Part shown: positions 10,785-21,128 of the stretch, piece after piece
Layout: each line of letters begins with the position of its first letter
Numbering within the stretch: the stretch's first letter is position 1
Assembly (NCBI GenBank): GCA_000004985.1
Contig: GG738878.1
Direction: 5' to 3' (one strand)
From: Naegleria gruberi
Lineage: Eukaryota
Length of the DNA: 64,000 nt
Notes under the pieces: model-generated
Databases searched by the model: none
What the model saw: the letters and a program-made list of their open reading frames with translations, nothing else
What the model was told of the DNA's origin: nothing
Made by a program: the position numbers and the translations under genes

Positions 10785-13700
10785 TTACCACCAATCAGAA
10801 CCAACATTGGAAACTTCTTCAGAGACTGAATTAAAGTTCTTTGTGACTGCCTTGCTTGCTGATGCAAATAAACCTTCGTTGAGTTCATTTTCCAAATCAC
10901 GATGGAAACGATCAGTGATTGGTCTTGTAACAAATTTGAGGTGGAAGGAATAAGTATCCTTTGGCATAACTTTGACCTTTTCTTGTGCCTCCTTTTGGAG
11001 AGTTGCAACTGGGTCAGGTAATAATGAGAACAAAATCTTTTCAAAATTCAAACAGAATTTTTCAAAAGCTTGCTTATTCTCTTTCGTCTTGGAGAACAAC
11101 ATTCCTTTCCACTTGAGTTCCTTTCTGTATTTAGTAATGACCAAGTAGAGAGTTTCAGCAATAACTTTGCAGTGTGGATGACTCTTATATTCGTTAATGT
11201 TTGTTTCAAAGTCCTTCAAGATGACGGATGTATATCTTCCAATTTCATTCTTATAGCTAATTTCCAAGAGCATGTAATAATTAAGGGACCAAATGATAGG
11301 ATGGACATAGTTAACAACAGCACCTCTTTCTTCAGTAAAGAGTGCAGTCTTTAACCATTCAGTTGGTTGTTTCAAAAGTTTCAACTTTCTTTCGAGTGGA
11401 AGTGAAAATATGATAGTATTGAACAATCTACCAAAGTTTGAGCTTACCAAAAATTGGTTGGAAGTCAAATTGTTTTGTGAATCGATAACCAAAAAGTTTT
11501 GAGAATTACCACCTGTTGAAGGGATAAAGAATAAGGAATCGCAAACTGTTGTTGGTAATTCCTTATATTTGGCAGTGCCTAAGGTTGTTTTAGAGAGAGC
11601 TCCACTCTTTTGAGGATTGAACTTGAGGGCATGTGAAGTGTATACTCTGCTTGGGGCCTTTTTCAAGAGTGTTTTTTGAATGTAATCAGTACACTTTCTA
11701 GCCAAGTTACTTTCACCTGGGGTTGAGAGTAAGAACATTTCTTTTAGTTCGGTTTGAGGAATGACATGACCCTTGCATGGCACAAAAAGTCTAGTCTTGA
11801 ACTTTTCAGCATCTACATTACCAATGAAAATTACACCACCTTCTGTTGGCTTTGTATTCTCCTCTTTCCAAGTTGGTCCTCTCAATAATTGTAACAAATC
11901 AGCAGAATCCATATATTGATCATCTCCTTGATTGAACATTGGATGAACAATGAGTTTACCTTCAAATCCACCATTTACCCATGTGATAGGATGTCTATCC
12001 TTTGTTCCTCTCACATAGGATATTCCACCATATCGCTCAATATCCCAAATGTTAACACTAAGTCCCAATCCTTCAAATATCTTGATGTAACATAAAAACT
12101 CAGGTCTTTGAATTTGCTTATCAGTAAAGAATAATACATCGAATGGATTTTGACCTGGTACAGTAGGGAAATAATTTGGAGTCAAACGGATCATACTTTC
12201 AAGGTTTTCAATTTTCTTTCCTCTAAGATGAAGACTAACTTTGAATGGAATAATTTCAAAGAATTGTGCAATATCATTAATTTCAACTTGGAAACTTCTA
12301 GAGTAGGTCATACCAGCTTGAATAAAAGGTATATCTTCTTCAATTCCATTTACTCCATTCAAACCAGGCTCATTATGAACAATAAATCTAGGATCAAATA
12401 CAATATTAAGTTTCAAGTGTTGTCTCTCGCCGACAGTAGAACCATAATTCATCATGGAAATATTCTTAAATGTAACAGTAACAGTGCCTCTCTCTGTTCT
12501 TCCCAACTGTGGTGGAGCAAAAATAGCCTCAAATTGAATTGGGTATTGAATAATGTAGTCATTCTTAAGGAAGGCACCTGGGAATGGTGATGTAAGAAGG
12601 GTTGCAGATGATTGGACTGGGAGAATTGACTTGTAAGGTCCAACACCCATAGGTTCTGGTGTATCAGAGATGGTACCAAAGAATTGGAATGGTATTGTGA
12701 AAATTCCTCCAGGAAGAATAGCTTGATCCAAAACATAAAAAGTATCTGCAGAGAGGAAAGATTGTTGACCTTGAGTACTAGGGAAGGAAATTACTGTTCC
12801 TACTGGCAAAATCATACCACCTTGGTTGGATAAAGTGACAGCAGATACAAATACAGTTTCACCAGGTTCAAAAACTCCATCATCTTCAGTTGCAAAGAGT
12901 TGGAAAGAAGTAACAAACAAATCAAATACAGATGTACCCTGATCCAAAATGTTATTAGTTATTGGATCATAGACACGGAAGAGTAAACTTCCAGGCATGC
13001 CATCTTGACCGTCTTGACCTCCCATACCCCTAAAATTTTTTGAAATTGAATAATGTTTGTTAATAGTTGATACTTACTGTCTTCCTGATTGACCATTTTG
13101 ACCTGATTGACCACTTCTACCATCTGAACCTCTTTCTCCAGAGCTAAGACTTTCACTATCAACAGGTTGCCCTGCAGAACCACCACTACCACCACTGCCT
13201 CCACTGCCACCACTACCGCCATGACCACCACTACCACCACATCCTGGATCACCTCCGTAACCTCTTCTACCAGCCCTACATTCAGCTTGAACAAATTTTA
13301 AAAGGGCTGGATTATGTGTTTCAATAACTACACTTCCACCACTTCCTCCATTTCCTCCACTATTGGATTTAAAATTAATTGAGTCTATAAGAAACTTACT
13401 TGGCTCCATTTCCACCACTAATAATTGTTGAATAAATTATATGCAACTTTCCAATACTTACTCTGCACCATCTCCACCACTATTAAAATAATAAAATTTA
13501 ATTGAACTAGCTCACAAATACTTACTTTCCACCACTATTTTCAAAAAATTAATATTCCAAAAATGAAAACATTTCCAAAACTTACTTTCCACCACTAAAT
13601 GCATTTCATTAGTAAACTTTGATTTCTAAATACTTACTCTCCACCACTAGATACATTTAAATTCACAACTAATTCTAGTAATACTTACTCTCCACCATCC

Positions 13701-14430
13701 CCTCCATTACAACCTTTATTACCAGATTTACCACTACCTCCACTACCACCGCTTCCACCACTTCCACCATTGCCACCACTTCCTCCACTACCACCATGAC
13801 CACCACTAAATTTTGAATGAATTATTATCATGCATGAATAGATTACCAGTACTTACTCGCCACCATCTCCTCCATTTGCCAAAAAGACCAAAACCTTTCC
13901 AGCTCCATCATCCAAACACAATGTTTCATTAGCAGTACCACTCACAACAATGGACTTGTGGTTAACTCCTTCAATTGTCACTTTAATATTACCAGCGCTC
14001 TGTGCACTAGTTCCACTTGTACCACTTCATGAAATAATGATCAATAAAAAGGGTGTCCCAATTACTGCTACTACTTACTGCTCACCATGTGTTGCTCTTC
14101 CTCCGCTGGAATATATTAGTATTTCAAACAAATCATTGCTACTTACTGACTACCATTGGTACCATTACCACCTCTCTGACCACTAGAACCCCAAGAACCA
14201 GAATTTCCACTCTATTTCATCATGATGATAAAAAAACAATGATATCCTATGGATGATACTTACACTTCCCCAACTTCCTGAATGCCCACTATTAATAATA
14301 AGAAAAATAATGATCATCATCAAATAGTATAAACATTTTCATGTTATCCAATAAAAACCCACCTAAAACCCGAAACACCCGAAATTCCAGGTTTCCCAGA
14401 AACGTCTACTATAATTGAATTTTTGAGCAT
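10785..14430 (-). CDS. Glycine-rich repeat protein with a micro-exon array and a large C-terminal domain of unknown function (multi-exon; 5' end uncertain)
   Basis: The 3' exon 10785..~13033 (746-aa ORF) is joined upstream to many small exons. These include 9-nt exons (TGGTGGAGA / TGGTGGAAA) at ~13637-13645, ~13586-13594 and ~13526-13534, and 18-nt exons at ~13462-13479 and ~13401-13418. Each has gtaagt donors (seen as 'acttac' on the + strand) and (t)ag acceptors. Larger Gly/Ser-rich exons lie at ~13069-13365, ~13690-13810 and ~13850-14030, with further small exons up to a candidate ATG near 14430. The encoded repeats are DGGE/DGGK/NGGDGAE/GGSGGSGG. The track ORFs 13074..13418 and 12959..13294 are pieces or alternate frames of this gene. 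Confidence 0.55.
13395..13700 (-). repeat. Tandem array of ~60-bp genomic units, each = one 9- or 18-nt Gly-codon micro-exon + ~45-nt intron (part of the Gly-rich gene)
   Basis: The + strand shows the periodic motif (a)tacttac-t(c/t)tccaccact at ~13401, 13462, 13526, 13586 and 13637. This is the reverse complement of ag|TGGTGGA(G/A)A|gtaagta. Confidence 0.6.
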
Positions 14431-14829
14431 TTTTTTTTGCTTTTTAAAAAATTGGATTTTCAACGATGAAACCCCGCCAATTTCCTTCTTTAGAACCGTA
14501 ATTCACAGGAACAAAGTAGGAACATTTACAGCCATTTGTTATCCTTTGCGAATATTTCAATTGTGTTGTGTGTAACACTTGCAAATGTGAGGACGTTGAA
14601 GTTCGCTTGGTTGTGGCAATAGATATATCTCCATGTTGGCCAGATTGTTATTTTTCAATTTCAAAATTGAATTATTGCTTAACTGTTCGCCTTACTTTGG
14701 GCTTGAATAAGGATTTACTGGTCATTAAAGCAAAGGAAAACTTAATTTCTCATCATCTGTTGTGGTTTTGAGTCTATTTCATCTTTGATTGTAAATTCCA
14801 TTAAAAAATAAAAATCAGAATTAAAAAAA

Positions 14830-16485
14830 ATGGATGCATTGTGTTTGGAATTGATCTTTTCCTACTGTTTACCTCATAGTATATTTTCGGTGTGTAGTTT
14901 GGTGTGTAGAGAGTGGTCCGAGTTGATCCGATCAAGAGATTTCTTCAAAAGATATTCGAAAATGAAAATGCGATCTGTGGTGGGACCTTTTAATTGGATT
15001 GAAATGATGAGTTGTGTCGATTATGAATTTTATGAATTAATTTCATCCTTTTTATATTCGGTCAAGTCTGAAAATTGTCGAATTTTACCAAATCACATTC
15101 AAATAATGGTTCCATCGAGTGATCACGATCGGAAATATTTAATTTTCTATGATCGGGAAGAGAAACTCTATAGAATATTGAAAGATGAGAAAGATGAAAT
15201 GATTCCCTATCATGAAGAGGATGATGGAATGGGTAAAATTAAAGAGCTTGTGAAGAGTGCAAAGGTAGTTTCGGCTAAAATTAATTCAGAAACTTTCTAT
15301 TCGGTTGATCTTATGCATACCCATACGGAGTGTCAGCAAGAAGGCTTGGAATGGTTGTTGCAACAGCAAACAAAATATTTCGACCATATTCCTACGGAAT
15401 TCTTTTTCAGTATTTTGGATTTTCACACAAATCCATCAAGTTTTAGGTTTGACAGATTTTGTATAGGAGGGGAGTTGTTAAATGCGTTGAAACATGAAAA
15501 AATTCTGCCTGAATCCCATAATACTCAATTCAAGCATTTCAATGTAACAAAAATTGGAACCAAAGCTTCAAATTTGTGGAATTATCCTTACGAAGGAGCA
15601 CTGGAGAGATTGTTCAATAGAGGTAAATTGAGTAATGAGTTGGGAATTGATTTGATTCATAGAGGATTTGAAATTTCAATGCGTACATTGATTTCAAAAG
15701 ATTCTCAATTGGCTCTTGATCTAACAGTTGAATATTGTAAAGTGAATCAAATTGATTTGTTGAGGAAGATTGCCATGAAAGATCATGTTCATATTACAAA
15801 CGCTGTGGAAATGTTTTACTATTTCACATGTTGCGTTTTTCAAATTCCTATCTGGCTCTATTCTCCTTCTAATAGATGGATTGATTATATCAAAAATTTG
15901 GATTCTAATATTCATTTTCCATTTGCTTCAAAATGTGAAACTCTATCAGAAGAATTACAAATGCCAAGAGTCTGCCTCCTTGCTAAGAAATCCCTTCAAG
16001 ATTCCTCTTATGGAAGAATTCAATTGGACAGACTATCTTACATTACGAAGAATTATGTAAAATCTGTGAATATTCAATATATCGAAGAAGATTTAGTGCA
16101 ATACGATAAACTCAATGAGGAATTTTCACACTATGACTGTATCATATATTGCGTGGAGAGATTAGATACCAGTACTAATAACAAAGAAGAGAAAGGAATT
16201 GATTTTAATGTGTTGAAACATTTGGCTGAAAGTGGAAAGAGAATTTGCTTTATGTTTAAAATAGAGAATTTGAAAAACTTCCCAAAATCACCAATTCCAT
16301 TACTGAAACATGTCAAATGTGGTCTATTTGAGTTTTCTGAACGAAACATTCACACTCTCATTACAGGACGAGATATAGACATTAAGGAAACTAAATATAA
16401 GGGTGTTGATCCTTGTCCACCTCCACCAACTCAAAACAATGATGATGATGAAGAAGAAGAATATTATTCTAGCATCTTTTATTAA
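14830..16485 (+). CDS. F-box-like domain protein with acidic C-terminus
   Basis: 551 aa. The N-terminal LELIFSYCLPHSIFSVCSLVCREWSELIRSRDFFKRY matches the F-box pattern (L..I...L....L..C..VCK.W). The C-terminus is DDDEEEEYYSSIFY. Its stop is 22 nt from the stop of the convergent NmrA-like gene. Confidence 0.5.
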   Translation: MDALCLELIFSYCLPHSIFSVCSLVCREWSELIRSRDFFKRYSKMKMRSVVGPFNWIEMMSCVDYEFYELISSFLYSVKSENCRILPNHIQIMVPSSDHDRKYLIFYDREEKLYRILKDEKDEMIPYHEEDDGMGKIKELVKSAKVVSAKINSETFYSVDLMHTHTECQQEGLEWLLQQQTKYFDHIPTEFFFSILDFHTNPSSFRFDRFCIGGELLNALKHEKILPESHNTQFKHFNVTKIGTKASNLWNYPYEGALERLFNRGKLSNELGIDLIHRGFEISMRTLISKDSQLALDLTVEYCKVNQIDLLRKIAMKDHVHITNAVEMFYYFTCCVFQIPIWLYSPSNRWIDYIKNLDSNIHFPFASKCETLSEELQMPRVCLLAKKSLQDSSYGRIQLDRLSYITKNYVKSVNIQYIEEDLVQYDKLNEEFSHYDCIIYCVERLDTSTNNKEEKGIDFNVLKHLAESGKRICFMFKIENLKNFPKSPIPLLKHVKCGLFEFSERNIHTLITGRDIDIKETKYKGVDPCPPPPTQNNDDDEEEEYYSSIFY

Positions 16486-17870
16486 TAGATATTAATGTGA
16501 AACAATATTATTGTTGATTGATTGTTTTGAATAATCTTGGTTTGATATCTTGGAAGAGATTACTATTGGAGCTTTCAACTCTTCTTCCTGAAATAATTGT
16601 CCATCTTAATTGCTCCAAAAGAATTGGAAATAATTCACTTGGAGAATTTAACTTTTCGGCAATTCTTTCTTGGATGGATTTAATCCAATCAGCTGCTGTT
16701 TGATCTTGTTTGAATTCAATATTTTCACCATGAATGAAATGAGCAATTTCCTTAACTGTCAAAGTGTCAGAAGCAACATTAATATCACCAACAATATCCT
16801 TTCTGATAGCAGCTTTAGCTACAAACTTTCCAATATCTTCTAAAAAGCTAACATCAACCTTTTCACTCAAATCACCATTGTAATGAACTGTCTTGGTTTC
16901 TGTGTCAAACTTGTTGAATAATAAGAAGGAAGCCATATGAGCAAAGATTCCAACATTCACTTGAGTCCATTCTAAACCACTTTGTTTGATAGTTTCAGTA
17001 ATTTTGAACTTGGCATCATTTAACATACTTTCCTCAGGTTTGAAAAGATTTAAATTCAAACCATAGGTTGTTGGAAGGTACTTTTTTACACCTGCCTTCT
17101 TGGAAGCTTCAATGAGTTTCAATTGACCTTGAAGCAATAGCTCAGGATTAGCTGCAAGAGCAGTGATGACTACCTCTTTACCAGACAATGCATTTACGAG
17201 CTCCTCTTCACTTGTTGAGAGAATATCCCCAACAATTACATTAGCTCCCTTTTCTTTCAAAGAGGCAACCTTTTCCTCATTTCTAACATGCAAGGTCAAC
17301 TTGACTTGTGGGTAATGTTCTAAGATTGCTTTGGCAATTTCGAGACCACAATTTCCACCAGCTCCAATAACAATTACAGAAGTGTATTGATTTTGTTGAG
17401 TAGAAGACATTATTATAGAATTCTAGGTAATAAATTACAAGAGATATTCAGTTGTTTTTTTGTTGTTGTTTTTTGGATCATGGTTTCAAAATCTCTTCCT
17501 TAAATACTGTGTCAGTATAGTTTGGCAATAGACACAAGTAATGATATTTGTGCGTCCTCGTTTAACAGCAAAACGGACACATATGTTGCTCTGTGTCGGA
17601 AATGAATCCCGACCAAGTAGTTTTACAAAATAAAAGATTTTCAAGTGAGAACTTTCAAAGATTTGAGCTTATTAATTATTTTCAAACCTTAGCCTTTTCC
17701 GAAAATATGGAAATTATTTATAAAATTTCAACATTACATGAATCAATTTGTTTTACAAAGTCAGATCCAAAACATAGGGATGGAGTGAGACAACCACTTT
17801 CAATCTTCAAATCGTGTCCAGTGAGAATCTTCAAAGCACTCAAAAGAGCTGATTCGGCAGTGAATAAATA
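16440..17870. repeat. Segmental duplication, copy A (inverted relative to copies B and C): F-box gene 3' end + NmrA-like gene + promoter + SDH-like 3' end
   Basis: The reverse complement of ~16440-17870 matches ~60490-61923 nearly base-for-base. This includes the intergenic sequence and the last codons of the F-box gene (cttcttcttcatcatcatc at 61897-61915). Confidence 0.8.
16508..17410 (-). CDS. NmrA-like / isoflavone-reductase-like NAD(P)-binding oxidoreductase (copy 1 of 3)
   Basis: 300 aa. The N-terminal Rossmann motif is VIVIGAGGNCGLEIAKAIL, and the length and architecture fit NmrA/PCBER-type atypical SDRs. It is about 98% identical at the protein level to the copy at 60949..61851. Confidence 0.65.
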   Translation of the reverse strand: MSSTQQNQYTSVIVIGAGGNCGLEIAKAILEHYPQVKLTLHVRNEEKVASLKEKGANVIVGDILSTSEEELVNALSGKEVVITALAANPELLLQGQLKLIEASKKAGVKKYLPTTYGLNLNLFKPEESMLNDAKFKITETIKQSGLEWTQVNVGIFAHMASFLLFNKFDTETKTVHYNGDLSEKVDVSFLEDIGKFVAKAAIRKDIVGDINVASDTLTVKEIAHFIHGENIEFKQDQTAADWIKSIQERIAEKLNSPSELFPILLEQLRWTIISGRRVESSNSNLFQDIKPRLFKTINQQ

Positions 17871-19055
17871 ACCTGCTTTTGTTACAGCTCTTCCAGAAAC
17901 CTTCTTATCACCACAAGTTAAACAACCAGAGATGTGAACTCTATCTTTTTCAGTTTCTTCTGGACCCTTTGGCATGAATATGTCAATAGCTTTGAACATG
18001 AGTGGTACAACAAATGGCAAATTGAATAAGAGGAAGAAGAGAATAGTCACAAACCAAATATTGTAAATTCTGGCAACAGTTGGAGCATTCTTTGAGGATG
18101 TGAAATAAACTCTAATATTTGGAACTTGAGTACTGACATAACCAGTTGCAATATCACCCCATGGAACTGACATGCAAGTTAAAGATTTGGTATTTTTGGT
18201 TGTTTCATCATAAAACTCAAAATCCTTAGCAACAAGTGGATGTGGACCAATCTTGTGATTAACTCTTTCTGGGAATCCCCAAGGAGCTTCCTTCATCATA
18301 TTGACTGCACTCTTAGTTGTACCTCTAGACATGCCAGATTTACCAGTATTAATTGCAAGTTCAATTTGAGCCTTAGAATCATGAGAAGCTCCCTCACCAT
18401 ACTTTTTATCAAAAGCTTCTTGAAGAGATTTGGCCAAACAATCAGTTGGAACAACATCGAAACCAACCTATGAAAATTAAAGATTTTTCAAAGTTAATTA
18501 TTCATCTACTTACTCCAGGCATTAAAATGATATTCTTTTGTTTGGCAGCAATTTTACAAGCTTCATTTTCGAGAATACTTTGGAATACAGTATCTATTCG
18601 AATTTCAAATAATTATTAGAAATTAATATCAACAAATCAAATGATATTAGAAAGGCTTAAAAAAACAATTCAAACCTACACTCTCCAGTAATATCAATAT
18701 AATGAACACCAGTTCTCAAACAACTATCAACAACTCTCTTTGAAGTATGAGCAAAAGGTCCAGCAACCAACATGACAAGATCAACCTTTCCAATATGTTC
18801 ATCCAAATCCCTATCATCCAAACCAAACACTTGATATTCAACACTATTTTCTTCAATTTGTTGTCTCTTCATCATACTTTTAAGTTGTTCTCCCGATCGT
18901 CCAGCCAAAACAACTCTATTCAATAAATTAAATTTCTTTACTAATTTTACAACAAGTTCTCCTGTATAACCATAGGCACCATAAATCATAAATTTCTGGC
19001 CGGCTGATAATTTGCCGATCAGAGTTTGAATTAATTGATCGTAATTTAAAGACAT
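17718..19055 (-). CDS. Saccharopine-dehydrogenase-like oxidoreductase (SCCPDH family), three exons
   Basis: Exons are ~19055..18680 (MSLNY...YGAYGYTGELVVKLV, a Rossmann/Sacchrp_dh NADP-binding N-terminus), ~18593..18514 and ~18467..17718. The introns are gtaggt..aatag and gtaagt..catag, and the product is about 400 aa. The last ~50 codons lie inside the duplicated block and reappear as fragments at 60485..60673 and ~62930..63130. Confidence 0.6.
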
Positions 19056-19224
19056 TTTTTTTGTGTTACTTTTTAAACTTCCGAAAAGTTTTTGGAATTT
19101 TTTTCTTTCTTTGCGGAAGGACTAATCGGAGAGAAATTAGGAGAATACTATTGAGATTCTCATGGATTCTAGAAAATAATGGTAAGGTTATGGAGATGGA
19201 GATGAAGGTATGTGAATGAATGGC

Positions 19225-20772
19225 TTAATGATGTTTGGATTTGATTTCTTTAAATCCTAATGTTCTCTTTGTTTGTTCGTAGACTGCAAAGCTTACTGCA
19301 TGAGCTGGAATTCCCTTAATGAGAGAAGGAATGAAACCTTTGAACATGGCAGAGTAACCTTCCTTTTGGACAATTTTAACACAGGCATCAATCATTCCAT
19401 TGTAGACCTTGGCTGTCTTGACTTGTCCATGCAAATCCTGTTGAACTGTTTTGGTTGTCACTTTGAGTTGATGAGCTCCTTGAGTAATCATACGAGTGTT
19501 CAATACATGGAGAGGATAGAAAATGATTTGACTCAATAGTGAGGAGGCACTACCACAAAACATGAGACCAGTCACTGAAGGATTATTCCCAAAGACTGTA
19601 GCACGAATCCATTCATAGCTCATTAAGGAGAATCCTGAAGACCAAATAGTTCCCAAAATGGATGGAGTTAAACCTCTAAAGAATGGTACGACATATCCCT
19701 CATGTTGGGCAATTGTCTTGATGGCATCCATAATTCCTTTATATTCATCAGCAGGTGCAACAGATAGTCTAGTTTTTACGACTTCGAGAGGATAGAGAGC
19801 CGTATGGCAAGTCACACCTGAAGCTGAACCAGCAATGAAAGTTTGCCAATTTGAACCATGTCCACCATTCATATCACTGAGAATCTTTTTAACTCTCTCG
19901 AAAACTGCAAATTTAATGGCCTTCTCTGGAGCAGATTTGAGAATATTTACACCATTACCTCTAAAGAGACCCTTAATTCCACTCTCCATGTACATTTCCT
20001 TGAAACCAACCAAGATTGAAGGTGGTTTCCTTGTTTGAACTTGATATAAAATCTTGAGTCTTTCCAATGGAGCTGTAACAGTTTTACTGATAGCACCTGA
20101 AAGTGCACCAGCTATCAGTGCTTTAGAAGTATTATTGAGATAGGAGAAATTATTAGTATTTTCTCTAATTGACTTGTCCATAATTATCAAATCGACGTCA
20201 TCTCTAATGAGAGAAGAGGCATCTCTCCAATATTCTACAATTGAAGCAATATTTACATCTGGAACAAGTGTCAATAAATTACACCACTCTTCAAATGAGA
20301 TTACTCCATCTCCATTCGCATCAATTCTCTTCATTAATTGTTTAACAACTTGTGGAGCTAGAGGATAATTAGCATTGGTGTCTGTTGATTTTTGAAAAAC
20401 TTGAGAAACACCCCTAGAAACCTCATCCATATCCAAGAAACCATCACCATTCTTATCCAAATCAGAAAAGATGACACGAAGCTCCGATCTCCTCTTTCTA
20501 ACATAATTTGAAAATTCCTCGAAGGTAATTCTTTGATCATGATTAAAATCCATCTGATCAAAGGCTCCATTTACATTGGCAGAAGGGAGTTGTAGTTCTC
20601 TGATCCCTTTTTCTAATTCTTCCTTATCAATAAAGTGATCATTATTTATATCTAGTTTTTTAAATAATAATTCGAGAGAGGCATCATCTGTGTTATTATT
20701 ACTACTAGGTGATGAAGAGGAATTTGATGAAATATTGTTGCTGATGGTTGATGGTTGTTCTGTACTCGTCAT
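19225..20772 (-). CDS. Calcium-binding mitochondrial carrier (EF-hand + 3x mitochondrial carrier repeats; SCaMC/Aralar-like)
   Basis: 515 aa. Three EF-hand loops (DINNDHFIDKEE, DKNGDGFLDMDE, DANGDGVISFEE) are followed by three Mito_carr signature repeats (PLERLKILYQVQ, PLEVVKTRLSV, PLHVLNTRMITQ). Confidence 0.85.
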   Translation of the reverse strand: MTSTEQPSTISNNISSNSSSSPSSNNNTDDASLELLFKKLDINNDHFIDKEELEKGIRELQLPSANVNGAFDQMDFNHDQRITFEEFSNYVRKRRSELRVIFSDLDKNGDGFLDMDEVSRGVSQVFQKSTDTNANYPLAPQVVKQLMKRIDANGDGVISFEEWCNLLTLVPDVNIASIVEYWRDASSLIRDDVDLIIMDKSIRENTNNFSYLNNTSKALIAGALSGAISKTVTAPLERLKILYQVQTRKPPSILVGFKEMYMESGIKGLFRGNGVNILKSAPEKAIKFAVFERVKKILSDMNGGHGSNWQTFIAGSASGVTCHTALYPLEVVKTRLSVAPADEYKGIMDAIKTIAQHEGYVVPFFRGLTPSILGTIWSSGFSLMSYEWIRATVFGNNPSVTGLMFCGSASSLLSQIIFYPLHVLNTRMITQGAHQLKVTTKTVQQDLHGQVKTAKVYNGMIDACVKIVQKEGYSAMFKGFIPSLIKGIPAHAVSFAVYEQTKRTLGFKEIKSKHH

Positions 20773-21128
20773 ATTTTTTTTGATTGTGAAAAGAATAATA
20801 TGAACTGATCCTTATCTCCTCCTATGATCCAACAAAATATAATTGAGCTTGTTCAGCTTTTCACAAGCAACAATAAATATAATATCATCATAAATATTAT
20901 GTAATGATATTGTTGAATATCAAAGGTAGTTATCATAGATTATGAACTTGAAAGTTCCAAAAACAAATTAATTGTTGTTTTTTTAGAATTTTATTTGATA
21001 TTTTGGAATATCCAAATAAGAGTGGAAGTCCAAATTTAAAGTCTAGAAGTGTAGGTGTGTTGATTTATAGTTGTGTGTACAAAATGTGGTGTTGTGGTTG
21101 GTGAAAATTGGTGTAATGATTGACAAAA

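Noticed and set aside
13069-13810. Collagen (Gly-X-Y) interpretation of the Gly-rich exons, because the exons are 9 and 18 nt.
   Set aside because: The translated repeats (DGGE, DGGK, GGSGGSGG) do not keep Gly at every third position, so this is not a triple-helical collagen.
13380-14300. The periodic motif 'tacttac…ccaccact' repeated about every 60 bp looked at first like a CRISPR-like or minisatellite array.
   Set aside because: This is a eukaryotic genome, and each unit resolves cleanly as the reverse complement of ag|TGGTGGAxA|gtaagta (micro-exon + intron). The periodicity is explained by gene structure.
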